Shown one piece after another: positions 1 through 13,064 of a stretch of DNA of 64,000 nt (its first letter is position 1; the number at the start of each line of letters is the position of its first letter). The DNA lies in assembly GCA_047495785.1 (NCBI GenBank), contig JBLDXI010000011.1, positions 558,001 to 622,000 on the forward strand, given 5' to 3'. The notes beneath the pieces were generated by a model, which saw only the letters and a program-made list of their open reading frames with translations, searched no databases and had not been told where the DNA came from. This DNA is from Lepidodermella squamata. Taxonomy: Eukaryota; Animalia; Gastrotricha. Position numbers and translations under genes: made by a program.

Positions 1-1161
1 ACCGTGCTAAGTGGAACTGGTGGCTATCTATGCGTTCTTCTCGCCTACAAAATCTACTACAAACGCTGGTCTCTGATCGGTGGGCTGTGCGGCGGCCTCG
101 CCGGCTGCGTCGCCATTTGCGCCCCAGCCGCCGTGGTCGAGGGCTGGGCGGCGTTCTGCATCGGCATCATCGCCGGCCTCATGTACATGCTGCTGTCTTA
201 CCTGTTGCGAAAGGCGAAAATCGACGATGCGGTCGACGCGTTTCCAGTTCATTTCGGCGGCGGGTTTATTGGCGTGATATCACTGGCTTTTTTCAAAATC
301 GATACCGGCATTTTATATGCCTGGAACGAAAAATCAGGCTATGTAAGTTCGAAAATTATTCTTAAAAATAAAATTCAGGATTATTCGAGGAAATCGAGAA
401 TTTTTTAACATGTTTAAATTAAAAAATTGAAAATTCAATTTTAACATTTTTATTAAATTTTTTTTTAATTTACAAAATTAATTTGAGTTTAATTTAATTT
501 TTTACAGATGTTGGCGTGGCAATTATGCGGAGCTACAGTGACTTTTGCTTGGGCTCTGGCCAGCACGTACATTCTATGCATAATTCTGAAGCTATTCAAC
601 CTACTGCGGGTCGATCGAGATACGGAACTTGCTGGTCTCGACTACGGCCATGGCCATGAAGAGGCATACCCAGCGGCTGGCTATATCGAAGGAATCGTGC
701 CTGAATTGCTGGCTACAAGCCAACAACGCCAAGTGAGTTTCAAATCTATGTAATTCTGAAATTTCGAAAATGTCAATTTCAATTTTGAATTTTTTGAATA
801 AATTTATTTCCCAAATTTCGAAAAAAATGTAATTTTTTAAAATGTTAAAAAATCAATTTTTTCACATTTTTTTCAATTTCAGGTCACTGAGGACATTGAG
901 CCCTTGGGTGCTTATGGCGCCTATCACCCGTGGCCCGGGCGCAATAAGGACTGGTGCCTAGCTGATGCGAGTCGCTGCTCAGTCACGGTGCGAAAAGCCG
1001 GCTACAACGCCGAGAATAAAGTGGCCAATAACAGCGGAGCCGAAACGCCCATTCCAACTGCTGTTCTCGTTGATGGGCATCATGATAAGAAACCGACCAC
1101 CGAGGGTAAAATCATCCCACCGAGAACACTGCCGCCAATGACGGATGCGACGCAAGCCTAA
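1..1161 (+). CDS. amt: Ammonium transporter (Amt/Mep family), 3' part, 5'-truncated by the window edge; exons <1-342, 508-732, 883-1161
   Basis: Motifs GGLAGCVAICA, AFCIGIIAG, KIDDAVDAFPVHFGGG (conserved His) and LRVDRDTELAGLD; GT-AG introns 343-507 and 733-882 keep the frame. Confidence 0.92.
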
Positions 1162-1297
1162 AACAGCGACAAAAAATGATGGGCATCGCTGTATAAAATA
1201 TGCAATAATTTTGTAACCGAACTTGCGATATATATACTCAGCCTTTTCAATTTTTTATTGCAATGATGATGATTATTTTTCACAATTTATCAAAGCG

Positions 1298-1625
1298 TGA
1301 TGTTATAGCACCCGTAACCCGAGTGAAATAAAGAATCCCGTGCATGAAATTCGGACATTCAATTACTCCAAGAGTCTTATCCTATGAAAAACTGAGCGTT
1401 CATTCTTATATCAGAAGAAGTTGTTTGTAGTTGAAGTTTCGCCGAGTGACGAGGCCCAAAGAGAGGTACCGTTGTCTTTTGCTATCTCAGGCTGGGAAGC
1501 GATAGAATTAGGCGGCAGATAAGAGAAATGACCACCACATAATGCTCGAAAGAGTTTATTTTTCCAAGGGAAAAATATCTCATAAGATATATAACTTACG
1601 GCCAGTTTCCTATTCTTATCTCCAC
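1298..1625. repeat. Upstream block of kinase-ANK gene 1, partly duplicated at 15551-16015
   Basis: TGATGTTATAGCACCCGTAACCCGAGTGAAATAA.GAATCCCG.GCATGAAATTCGGACAT at 1298 and 15551; GCGGCAGATAA...ATAACTTACGGCC.GTTT.CT.TTCTTATC also shared. Confidence 0.8.
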
Positions 1626-1982
1626 AGAAAATTTTGGCGATTTAACATCGTAGGGAGACTAAAGCAAACCTTTCCAGAGTGCGAAGTACAGGAGGTACGG
1701 GCAAGGGTACGGGGGTATCATACCCGCAGGATGAAACCATTGTTGGTCCGAACATTAGCCTAAAATAATCCAAAAGTACCCCCGGCTCGAGAATCATACC
1801 TCGTGCACTGATCTTTTCTAATGCGTCCCGGCCACCTAAATCTGTTGGTTGAGTTTACTTTTGCTAAGCCAGAACAGATTACACCGACTTGATGAATTCT
1901 AGCATAACTTGTGTTAAGCTGTTGAACCAAAATCAGCGCATTTGTATCATTTCAGCTGTTTAAAACTGACTTTCGAACTAAA

Positions 1983-4205
1983 ATGGCGTCTACACCTTAC
2001 AAGTCTATGTCTGAGTTCACAATAGTCAAACTACTGGGCCGCGGTGGCTTCGGATCCGCGTGGCTATGCAAGCGCAAGAACGACTTTGCGGAGTATGTAG
2101 TGAAAGGAGTCAGTCTATCCGAAATTCGGCGTAGATACATGGGCAATGAAGAGTTGGCCGAAAAACTTATCAACATGGCCAGAAAAGAGGTACGATTTGT
2201 TTCAATCAAGTTCTTGAAATATTGAAGATCTGATTTCCAAAGCACCTAAATATGACGAAATTCAATCACACAAACATTGCCCGAGTCTTCGGAGCTTTTG
2301 AAAGTAATCAAATTTCCAAGATTTGAGACATTCCGGCATGATATGTTCACCCTCAGGCTTGAACGAAGACGTAGATGCTGCGAGGAAGGGCGATTTGATG
2401 TACTACCTGGTCCTGGAATTTTACGAGGGCGGCGATTTGAAGAAGTACTGCGAGAAGGCAGCCAGCCCAATACCTGAAGTGTTAATTCAGAAATGGTCAC
2501 GTCAACTCGTTTCGGCCGTCACGTTTTTGCACGACATCGAACTTGTACATCGCGACATCAAGCCGGAGAAAATTTTGTTAACTGGCGATGGGAAAAACGT
2601 GAGACTAGGCGATTTCGGGATAGCTAAAATTTTCAATCCGTAAGATAAAACCGTAAGATATAAGAGATCGCCAGCTTATCGAATTTTACTTATTGCAGGG
2701 AGGCCGCAACAACGTTTACTGGCGTGGCTACGTGGATTTACGCCGCTCCTGAGATTTTCGACGGCGAGCGACATACACCAGCGAGCGATTGGTGGTCGCT
2801 CGGCGTTACGTTGTTCGAAATCTCGAATTTCATAAAACCTGTAATTTATTTAAGATTTTGAGAAATTAAATCAGGGTTAAACTGTTTTTCAGTTTGACAC
2901 TCAACTCGCCATCATAAAGTAATTTGGTAATAATTGCGGAACCGATTATTTCGTTAAATTTGTTGCTAAGCAAACCTCCTAAACCATTCGATCAATCTCG
3001 AGGCTATTCAAGCGAATTTCGATATTTTGTCTTGTCGATGATTGAGAAAGATGTTCATCGCCGAGCGACTGCAGATCAGCTTCACAAGAGCAGTTTTCTG
3101 CTTAAAACAGCCAAGGCGGAAGCTGCTGATCGCCAGTCTGAAACTCCGGTAAAACAACCTCTTAAGCGCTTTATGGATTGTTCAAGGATTCATGTAATAA
3201 CAGGAACCAGCTATTATTTACCCTGGTAACCCACAGGTACTTTGTTGGCTCTTTGATTCTCATTGATTCTTGAGACAGCCATTGTGCGATTTACAGGTGC
3301 TCATCGAATGCGTGGCTGCGAGAAAAGACCTACCCAAATTGGTGCAACTCTTATCAGACAGGAGGCTCGGATTGAGCGCCGACTGTAAAGACAAAGACGG
3401 AAATCCGCTACTGTTACTTGCTGCTCTAAATGGCTATAATGACGTTGTGGAAACTCTGGCAGGCCAGTTTAAAGCCAATGTTGAGGCAGCCGATCAAGAT
3501 GGACGTACACCACTGTACGTCGCCGCCAGGAATGGCAACGTCGAGCTTGTGAGAACGCTGGCTGGCCGGTACAAGGCCAAAGTTGAGGCAGCTATAAGAA
3601 ATGGCTGGACACCATTGCACATCGCCGCCGCGAATGGCCATGTCGAAGTGGTGAAGACGCTGGCTGGCCAATTTAACGCCAATGTTGAGGCAACAATGAA
3701 AGACGGCTGGACGCCATTGCACATCGCCGCCAGGAATGGCAACGTCGACGTTGTGAAGACGCTGGCTGACCGGTACAAGGCCAATGTTGAGGCAGCCGAT
3801 AAAGATGGCGCAACACCACTGCACATCGCCGCCGGGAATGGCCACGTCGAGGTGGTGAAGGCACTGGCCGGCCAATTTATTGCCAATGTTGAGGTAGCTG
3901 ACATCAATGGTTTTACACCACTGCACATCGCCGCCCAGAATGGCCACGTCGAGGTGGTGAAGACACTGGCTGGCCCATTTAACGCAAATGTTGAGGCAAC
4001 CGAAAAACACGGCTTAACTCCGTTAATGGCCGCTGCGGTTTACGGCCAACACGCGGTAGTCGATACGCTGGTCAATGCATTTCGAGCAAATGTCAGAGCG
4101 GCCTGCAAAAAGGGGAAAACCGCTTTGAGCTATGCGGTTAACTGCCCCACGACTGTTACAGCCGCGAACAAGCAAAAAACAATTGATATCCTGTTAACAC
4201 TTTAA
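1983..4205 (+). CDS. NEK-like Ser/Thr kinase fused to C-terminal ankyrin repeats (copy 1, near-canonical kinase, 7 full ANK units plus caps); exons approx. 1983-2189, 2243-2303, 2357-2639, 2699-2840, 2893-2918, 2971-3148, 3204-3236, 3297-4205
   Basis: LGRGGFG, YVVK, HRDIKPEKILL, LGDFGIAK, YAAPE, SDWWSLG and YSSEF..FVLSM motifs joined in frame by ~52-60 bp GT-AG introns; 34-aa GxTPLHxAAxxGHVEVVKTL repeats. Confidence 0.9.
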
Positions 4206-4712
4206 CTGCCCAAATTAGACTGCGAGATCCGATATTTGGAATTAGGATCCAAACCTTGGGTCTGTCGAAAAGTCCTTTTTCGGGTCAGCGCTGCGTCGTA
4301 GGGCAAAATGGCCGACGGCAAAGTGTAGGCCATGACCCGGCGGTTCTTTTGACACTTGACACCGAATTTAGGGCCAAAGACTTCAAGGAACGCACAGAAA
4401 TCAACTTGTAAAAACAGTGAAATTTCGATTGTTGCGCCATAATCTGGGTCTAATAATTAGGTCCAATTCTTGGGTCTCCTTTTTGGCTCTCATCCAAAAT
4501 TTCGACGTTTTTTCACCGTCATTATCAAAGACCTGCTCAGACCTTGAGTCCCCAAATTCGGTGTCAAAAGAACCGCCGGGTCATGGCCTACACTTTGCCA
4601 TCGGCCATTTTTCCCTACGACGCATCGTTGACCAGAAAAAGGGACTTTTCGACAGACCCAGGATTTGGATCCAAATATCTGATCTCGCAGTCAAATTTTG
4701 GCAGTTAAAGTG
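4198..4712. mobile_element. Non-autonomous piggyBac-like MITE with long TIRs and TTAA target duplication
   Basis: TTAA 4194-4197 and 4713-4716; termini CACTTTAACTGCC...GGCAGTTAAAGTG; imperfect inverted arms of roughly 170 bp. Confidence 0.88.
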
Positions 4713-5541
4713 TTAACGCGGTGGGGGCTCTTCTCTTTTTAGCCAAGACCCCTTTTCAGACCTTTTGACCAACCGGGGACGATCAGAATGAGGATAAAAT
4801 TATATCTACTGGGGTCTGGGGTTCCTGTTGGCACTTGGTACAGATCACGGGCGGAATTTTCTGAAAACCCTATAAATAAGGAAACATTCATGCATGATAA
4901 TGACTAAAATGGTATTATTCATACAAGAGTTTGCCTTGGATTACACCAGTTGGGCTTTTTCACGATTCTACGTGTTTTTCCAGCCAACTCGCATAAGAAA
5001 GTGACATCCGCGGCGGGACAGACTTCCGACCAAGCTCGCCAGGGAGGCGTCCTCGGCATTACTTTCAAGCACTGCTTATGGCTCATAAAATATTCATGCC
5101 ATTCATTTATTTGCTGTATTGTGGCTTTACCGATTTTCTCAGAATCATTTCTGTTGGTTTTAATTTGCTCTCAAATTTACATGTTTAACCACTAACTTCT
5201 TTAATAAATGGAAAATATAAAAGAATTTCGTTGTAGCCGTTTGTTCTTTCCATCATTTTAGCTTTCTTAACTCCGAGATTTCTATAGCTTTCAGTCCCTG
5301 TTTTCCATTTCGCAAGATGAGTAGCGAAATTACATAGTCACCGTTTATTATGACAAGCGGCTATTTTTGAAAGCGTCAAAACCATATCAGTGCGTAGGTT
5401 GGAAAGAACCCTTAGCCCGCGCTAGCTTCTTATCATCGTAATTAACGACTATAAACATTGGTGCTCAAATTATCTACTTACGTTAACTTGCATAGCCATA
5501 GCATCCTATTAATTTTGAGAAAATTCGTCAGCTGCTTGGAG

Positions 5542-8500
5542 ATGGCATCGCCCTACTCGTTCCGATCTATAGCTGAGTTCACGGACTTTACCCGTTTGTC
5601 GAGTAACTCCGAGAAACTCCTCCGAGGCATGTGACGTAGATAGGACGCCGCACTAAGAGGTTTTCGGACACGAAAAACTGAAGTCAGACTAATAAGGGGC
5701 AAAGTTCATCTTTTCAAATTTAATAAGATGAATCATCTCATTATTTTCCACCCAAATATTTCTCTTGCTATTTCTGTGTAATTTTGAGCAGATGGTGCCA
5801 TTTCATCAGCTTAGTTCATCTTTAAAGATGCATCTCCTCTTTGTTTCGTCTCGGAAACCGCGCCAAATCACTACTTTTTGCGATCTTCGAAACTTGAACT
5901 AATTAATTTTAAATTTTTAAATTTTAATTATTAAACAATTTCAAAATGAGCCCCACCATTTTATTTTTTTTAAGCTGCAAATTATTCTGAATATTAATGA
6001 GGAAAAAAGTGAACACGTCTTCTTGTCTTCTGGCGTGCTCTGAGTGCGGCGTCCTATCTACGTCACATGCTCCGAGGTGGATATTCATGCCAACGCAATG
6101 AGTGCTATCCTTACGAGTTTGTCATTAAAAAAGCTAATTTGACCAAGCTGCAGGAGGAATTCGAGAAAGACTTTGAAACAATCGCTCGACTTCTCCGCGA
6201 AAAAGTAAGGAATGTGCATATCTTCGACATGGCATCGTTTATGCTGATTTATCCTATTTTCAGGATTCGATGATGGTAAAAATTAACCATCCAAATATTG
6301 TCCGAGTATTTGGCACGTTCGAAGGTTCGGAAATCATTCTCTCACGTAAAACTCATCCACTCGATTTGTTTTAGAGGCATACCCGGTTAGTGACGTTGCT
6401 TGTTATAAGCACTCCATGCACCATTTGGTGATGGAGTTGTGCGGCGGTGGGAGTTTCGAAACTCTGATCAAAGCTGGAGGTGAGCCGATTCGCGAAGTTA
6501 GGCTTCAAAGTTGGTCTCGCCAGCTCGTTTCGGCTTTGCATTATCTACACAAGCGAGACATGGTACATGGCAACATTAGGCCAAGCAATATTCTGCTGTC
6601 GAAGAACCAAGGCACTGTGAAACTGGGAGAACTAGGAATAATGGAAACCTTTAATCCGTAAAGCCTCCAGTTTTGATTTTTAATCTAACTTCCATCCGTA
6701 ATATTTCAGAAAATCAAAAACGAGTTCTCTATCGCAAGAAATGCGTGACTATTGGCCACCTGAAGTATGGAATGGTGCGCGAATGTCACAAGCTGGTGAT
6801 GTCTGGTCGCTGGGTGTTACGCTTTACGAACTCGCAAACTGCATAAGACCAGTATGACATTGACAAAACCACAAAACCCTAAAAGTTTAGCATAATTTAT
6901 TTTACGTAGTTCGACCTAATGCACAAGGTCATGACGTAAGTCAAATTCAGTCTTACTGCTGCAAAGTGAAAAGTGTATCTTGGTGAAATTATTTCACATT
7001 TCGAGATAAGAAATAGTTCACTGTGCCTATAGCGCCGCCCGGCGGAGGGCCTATTATAAATAAAACTAACACATGCTGAGATAAGAAAGAGTTGGTGGCC
7101 ATGGCCCGTGGCATATATCCCAAGTCTATACGCGAAAACCGATAGACGAAATACCTAGAATGATTTAGTTTTCGAACTTAGTTATGGCTCGCGAATAAAC
7201 ACTCTTAACTTTGCAGCAGTCACCTGAAATAACTCAATCTCGAATCTGCCTTGTTTAGACGCGAAGCTCAGCCTTTCGACGAGTCTCGTGGTTATTCAAC
7301 ATATTTCCAAGAATTTGTAATGTCCATGCTAACTAAAAATGCCGAGGTTCGACCGAGAACTGATCAGCTTTTAAACGACAGATTTTTTCTAAACCAACCG
7401 ACGAAAAATGTGAGATTTTGCCAGATCGAAATGAGTATTACGACGGTGCTTTCTTCCTGTTTTTTTCAGGCGGATTCCTCCACAACACCTCAACCAGATG
7501 AAAAGACTGTTCAGGTATTGAATAAACTAACGCCGAGCAAACTGATGCGTTGATTTCACTTGACAGGAGTTATTTGACTGCGTGTTGGCGAAAGATGAGT
7601 CGAAATTAGTGGAGCTGCTGATGAACAGGGAGCTCGGTCTTAGCTCTTACTGCAGAAACGAATATGGGGCTACATTACTGCATATAGCTGCTATCAAAGG
7701 CTACAACGACATTGTGGAGATCCTTGTCAGGCAATTCAACGCCAATATTGAGGCAGCCCTTGAAAATGGCACTACACCATTGTACATCGCCGCCAACAAA
7801 GGCCAAATTGAGGTTGTGAAGACATTGGCTGGCGAGTTCAACGCAAACGTTGAGGCAGCTGATAATGAGGGACGAACACCCTTGTACGTCGCCGCCCTCC
7901 AAGGCCACGTCGAAGTTGTGAAGTCACTGGCTGGCCAATTTAACGCTAATGTTGAGTCAGCAGATAAAGATGGCTGCACACCATTGTACATTGCAGCCCT
8001 CCAGGGCCATGGCGAGGTGGTGAAAATACTTGCTGGGCAGTACAGCGCCAATGTAGAGGCAGCCGATGAAGTTGGACGTTCAACACTGTTCGTCGCCGCC
8101 TTGGAAGGCCACGTCGAGGTTGTGAAGACACTGGTTGAAAGGTTCAAAGCGAATGTTGAGGCGACCAACATAAATGGTGCTACACCATTGTTCATCGCCG
8201 CCAAGAATGGACAAGTCGAAGTTGTAAAGATTCTGGCTGGCCAGTTTAACGCCAACGTAGAGGCAGCCATTGACGATGGCGCCACACCGTTGTACATCGC
8301 CGCTGAGAATGGTCATGTCGAAGTTGTGGAAACACTAGCTGGCCAGTTCAGCGCCAATGTAGAAGCGGAAACCAAATTGGGTGCTACACCGTTGCACGCC
8401 GCCGCCTTTCAAGGCCACGTCGAGGTTGTGAAGGCACTGGCTGGTAGGTTTAAGGCAAATGTGGAGGCAGCCATTAACGATGGCGCTACGCCGTTGTACA

Positions 8501-9303
8501 TCGCTGCCGAGAATGGTCATGTCGAGGTTGTGGAGATACTAGCTGGCCAGTTCAACGCCAATGTAGAAGCCGCAGCCATATTGGGTGCTACACCATTGCA
8601 CGTCGCCGCTGTCAAAGGCCACGCCGAGATAGTGAAGACACTGGCTGGTAAGTTTAAAGCCAACGTTGAGGTGGTCAATGCGAATGGCGCTACACCACTG
8701 TACTTCGCCGCTTGTTTTGGCCACGTCGAAACTGTGAAGACGCTGGCTGGCGAGTTCAGCGCAAACGTCGAGGCTGCCTACAGAGATGGCACTAGGCCTA
8801 TACACGTTGCCGCCATCCAAGGTCACATTGAGGTGGTTAAGACATTGGCTGGTCAGTTCGGGGCCAATGTTGAGGCAGCCGATGGAGATGGTCGGACAGC
8901 ATTGTTTATCGCTGCAGAAAAAGGCCACGCCGAGGTGGTGCAGACACTCGCTTCCCAGTTTAAAGCGAATGTTGAGGCGGCCAATAAATGGGGCGCTACG
9001 CCACTGTACGTCGCCGCCGGCTTCGGCCACGCCGACTTGGTGAGGATACTGGCTAGCCAGTTTGGTGCCAATGTTGAGGCAAGGGGTGAAGATGGCCTCA
9101 GACCGTTAATGGCTGCTGCTTTATTCGGTCGACACGTAGTAGTTGATATGCTGATCAATGAATTTCGAGCTGGTGTCAACGCGGCCTGCAGTGAAGGACA
9201 TACCGCGCTGCATTATGCTAATAAGCATAACTGCTGTTTGCCTGTTGCAGACGAGGACAAGCGGAAAGTAATTGAAGTCCTGAAAAAGGCGAATGCTAAA
9301 TAA
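5542..9303 (+). CDS. NEK-like pseudokinase-ankyrin fusion (copy 2, 15 ANK units); exon 1 interrupted by a MITE
   Basis: MASPYSFRS...KLLRG|GYSC, HPNIVRVFG, HGNIRPSN instead of HRD, GELG instead of DFG, YWPPE, DVWSLG; same intron positions as copy 1; open ANK exon ~7567-9303. Confidence 0.75.
5628..6069. mobile_element. 442-bp MITE with ~32-bp TIRs and 8-bp TSD (hAT- or P-like)
   Basis: TSD CTCCGAGG at 5620-5627 and 6070-6077; TIR CATGTGACGTAGATAGGACGCCGCACT / AGTGCGGCGTCCTATCTACGTCACATG. Confidence 0.93.
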
Positions 9304-10228
9304 CAATGTAATTTGACGATTGCGAAAGATTTGATTTGATTTGATTTGCCATGGCGTTTTGGAAAATTTGATTTGAAATGATTGATTAAAGAAGACCTGT
9401 GATTTACTGAATAAATGAAGACAAATCAAAGTCTCTGCTGCATTCATTGATTTTTCCAATATCAAAATTCTGAAAAGCTGAACATTGATTTTTATTCTGT
9501 TTCTACCCGGTACTCAAATTTAAACGCTGATGTTGTCTCGGACTTAATCGCCAACGATATCTAGGGCTAAAAAGTGAAAAATGTCGAAGATGAATAACTA
9601 GGTTTCACTTGTTTGCGCTTGCTATCTATTTCGCAAGATAAAATAACATTTCTTGTGATAAACATTCATTTTGTAACTATCGAACTATATGTTGTTTCCC
9701 TAAAATTGTCGGGCTGCATTCTTTAGGGCGTAGCAGCTTGAAAATATATAATAAATAAATGAACCATATCAGTGGCTCAGGTTCAAAAGTTCGCTCGCTC
9801 TAGCGTCTTATCACTGTAACATAGAGAAAAAATTATAAAATGAGAAATAGGGTCACTTTGTTCTCTATGCACTGTAACCAACGGCATAAGGAGCATTGCT
9901 GTTGATATTACCCTGCTAATTTAGCTTATATAGATTATAGATCATGCCTTTTTTATTTTGAGAAACATCTTTAGCTGCTTGGAGATGACATCGCCTTACT
10001 CGGTTGTATCAATGGCCGAATTCACGGACGTTAAACCGTTGTTGCCCTACGAGAAACTCCTCAGAAACGGATATTCATGCCGACGCAATGGGTCCGAGTT
10101 TGTCATTAAAAAAACTAATCTGACCAAGCTGCGGAAGGAATTCGACGTTGAAACAATTACTCAACTTCTTCGCAAACAAATAAGGAATACGCCTTTTTTC
10201 ATTTGCATTCTCATTTTGTGCAAAACTA

Positions 10229-10749
10229 CCGTATATGCCGAATTAATATCCTGAGTATCTTATTGTTTCAAAACAACCAAAAAACGGGGGCTTATTCAGG
10301 CTGGGGTCCAAAAATGAGCTGGGGCACTATTTATTGCAATGTAAGTTTGAAGGTTCTTAGCACAAATAGAATCAGAAGAAATTGAAAGTTCATGAAATCA
10401 AATCCCAAATTTCATCGAATCTTTCATCGAAATTTCGTTTTTTTTCATCTTCTTCCGCGTTTTTTTCGATGATCAGGAAGATTTTCTTAATTTTCCTCGC
10501 CTTAAGAGCAAAGTTCTCAAGTTTTAGATGAATTATTTCTCGCAATTAATATTCGCAAACGATCTTTCGGCCAGTTACGGGGTTCGTAATTGAAAATTAA
10601 TGCAAAATATCATTGCGCGGTGTTTCAATTTGTGTCGCGGGCTGCAATTGTAGGCGTGGGTTCTTATTGTTTCAAACGACCTGAAAACTGGGGGCTTAAA
10701 CAGGCTGGGGAATTAAATTGAGTATGGGATAATAATTCGGCATATACGG
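10229..10749. mobile_element. Tc1/mariner-pogo-like MITE with TA target duplication
   Basis: TA|CCGTATATGCCGAATTA ... TAATTCGGCATATACGG|TA; internal subterminal direct repeat TTATTGTTTCAAA...GGGGGCTTA..CAGGCTGGGG. Confidence 0.85.
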
Positions 10750-11152
10750 TAATTTCACAGGTAGTTTTTTCTTCTCCTCTGCGTCTTCATTTGCGTTTTT
10801 CATTTTCTTACTCCTTTTATTAAAAGAAACCAAGAAAACTAAGACAACTAATTTTCGATGATTATGATTAAAATTAAAGCTCTTAATAATATTTATTCAG
10901 CGATTAAGTTGGCGGCGTCAGAGAAGACTATTTTATTTGAAAATCCAGCCTCAAAACCAGTTTATTTCCGGGGTACGTGTAACAAACAAAACCGATTGCT
11001 GCATGGTTCATGGTTGAAAACTTCGTGCCGAACATTTAATAAATCGAAGTGGCCCCTAATTTCGGCGGTTTTTTAAGCAATTAGTTCGGGATTTAGTTGG
11101 GACATATTTCTTATCGAAGAAAAACTTCAGCAAACAAATAAAAACGTTTACA

Positions 11153-11225
11153 GGCTGTGGGATTTGAACCCTTCTTCACGCGTTCCACGCCCAGGCTCTC
11201 ACACAACCTACTGTCTTGGCAATTG
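11153..11225 (-). other. tRNA-derived (Pol III B-box) fragment, possible SINE head
   Basis: Reverse complement contains GGTTCAAATCCCACAGCC; no full cloverleaf recognised. Confidence 0.3.
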
Positions 11226-12725
11226 TGATCGATTTTTTGCTACTTGACTTGTGCTCCCTAAACCCTAAGCGAATAATTGATTAAGCATCGAAAACTGAAA
11301 ACTGCGTTCGGATTGCTATTGAGAAGACTTGGATGTGGACATTTTATTGTTACGTCTATTATGTTGTTTTCAGGATTTGAGTATGATGAAAATTAAGCAT
11401 CCAAACATTGTCCGAGTATTTGGCACGTTCGAAGGTTCGTTTGATATGCGCTCACGTGAAACTCATCCCAAAATTGTATTTCAGAGGAATACCGGGGTGG
11501 TGACGTCGCTTGTTCTAAGCACTGGATGCACCATTTGGTGATGGAGTTTTGCGGGGGCGGGAGTTTCAAAACTCTGATCGAAGCTGGAGGTGAACCGATT
11601 CGCGAAGTTAGGCTTCGAAGTTGGTGTCGCCAGCTCGTCTCGGCTTTGCATTATCTACAAAATCGAGGCAGTGTCCATGGCAACATTAGGCCAAGCAATA
11701 TTCTGCTATCGAAGCACCATGGCACTGTGAAACTGGCAGAGTTGGGAATTATCGAAACCTTCGACACGTAATGCCATCAGTTCAGATGTGATGATTTTAC
11801 ATCAATTTTATCTGTAACATTTCAGAAAATCAAAAACTATTCTTCTATTACAAACAATGCGCAGCTATTTATCACCCGAAGTATGGGATGGTGCGCCTAT
11901 GTCAGAAGCTACTGACGTCTGGTCGCTGGGCGCTACGTTTTACGAACTTGCTAACTTCAAAAAACCTGTATGATATTTAATTAAAGTTGAAATTTGAGCA
12001 TAAATTATTTCAAATAGTTCGACCTAATGCACCAGATCCAGACGTAAGTCTAATTCAATCTGACCGCTGCAAAGGGAAAAGTACATCGAGGCAATTTTTT
12101 TGATATTAGCTCATAGGGGTGTTGGCCATGATATCCTAAGTCTATAGTCGAAGACCATTGGTCAAATTACATCACAATGACGGAGCTATCACGTACAGAC
12201 AGAGTTGTCCATGGGTCGGGTCTTCAATTATAGACCGAGGACAACTCTGCGTACATGAGACCTACGGTGTGATTCAAAAAGGTTGCCCACCGCATCATAT
12301 AGGCACGTGTTCTAATCTTGGCTTTAGCGGCCTTTCTGATTCACACTGTACTAGGAAGCTGGTGCTAGAATCCTCCCAACCAAAAATCTCTGGCTGGACT
12401 CCATAGAATTTTATAGATTTGTGGGATCGTTGCGAATAATCTAGCCACTAGACCATTGTTTTCCCCCGCGAGATTCATTCTACAGATCGTCGACTTATAG
12501 CAGCTGATCGTCGACTTAAAAAAACTGCAAATCTTCCACAAAATTAAATTTAAAATTTAAAACACTCTTTACGCATGTGTCACTGATATCAAATTTATGA
12601 TAAAGGTCATAAGAAAGTAGGATATTAAGGGTATGTCGAGAGCGTCCATCCAGCGTTGAGAAATTAAAATCTCAGCCGTTTATTAGTCAAGAGTTTAGAT
12701 TCGTCAAGATACTGCAAGTTACACT

Positions 12726-13064
12726 CATTGTGCTTGAGCTAAATAGTAGAATTTCTGCGGGCGCGCTGATTGGTCAATCGATCGTTGCTATGACTCCCGG
12801 ATGAAACATGTTTGTTGTGCGATCCATGAAATTTTTTGCAACAAGTGTTTTTTGCCGCAGTAAATTGCTACGATTATTACGGGGTTTACGCTCGTTGTCA
12901 ATGGAAACCGTGCAGCGGGTGTGGCAAGGTCATTTTTTGCATAAATACAAAATAATTTATCAGTGGATTGCACGACTAAATTGTTTTATCCCGGAGTCGT
13001 AGCAACAATAAATTAACCGATCAGCGCGCGGGTCAAAGTGCTACTTACTACTTGAAACACAATG
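12726..13064. mobile_element. Palindromic MITE in an intron of copy 3
   Basis: Termini CATTGTG...CACAATG; inverted arms CGCGCTGATTGGTCAAT..GTTGCTATGACTCCCGGATGAAACA; absent at the homologous position of copy 2 (ACACT|CTT). Confidence 0.7.

Noticed and set aside
12152-12458. 9-bp direct repeat AGACCATTG flanking ~290 bp
   Set aside because: No terminal inverted repeats or poly-A tail, so it cannot be called an insertion with confidence
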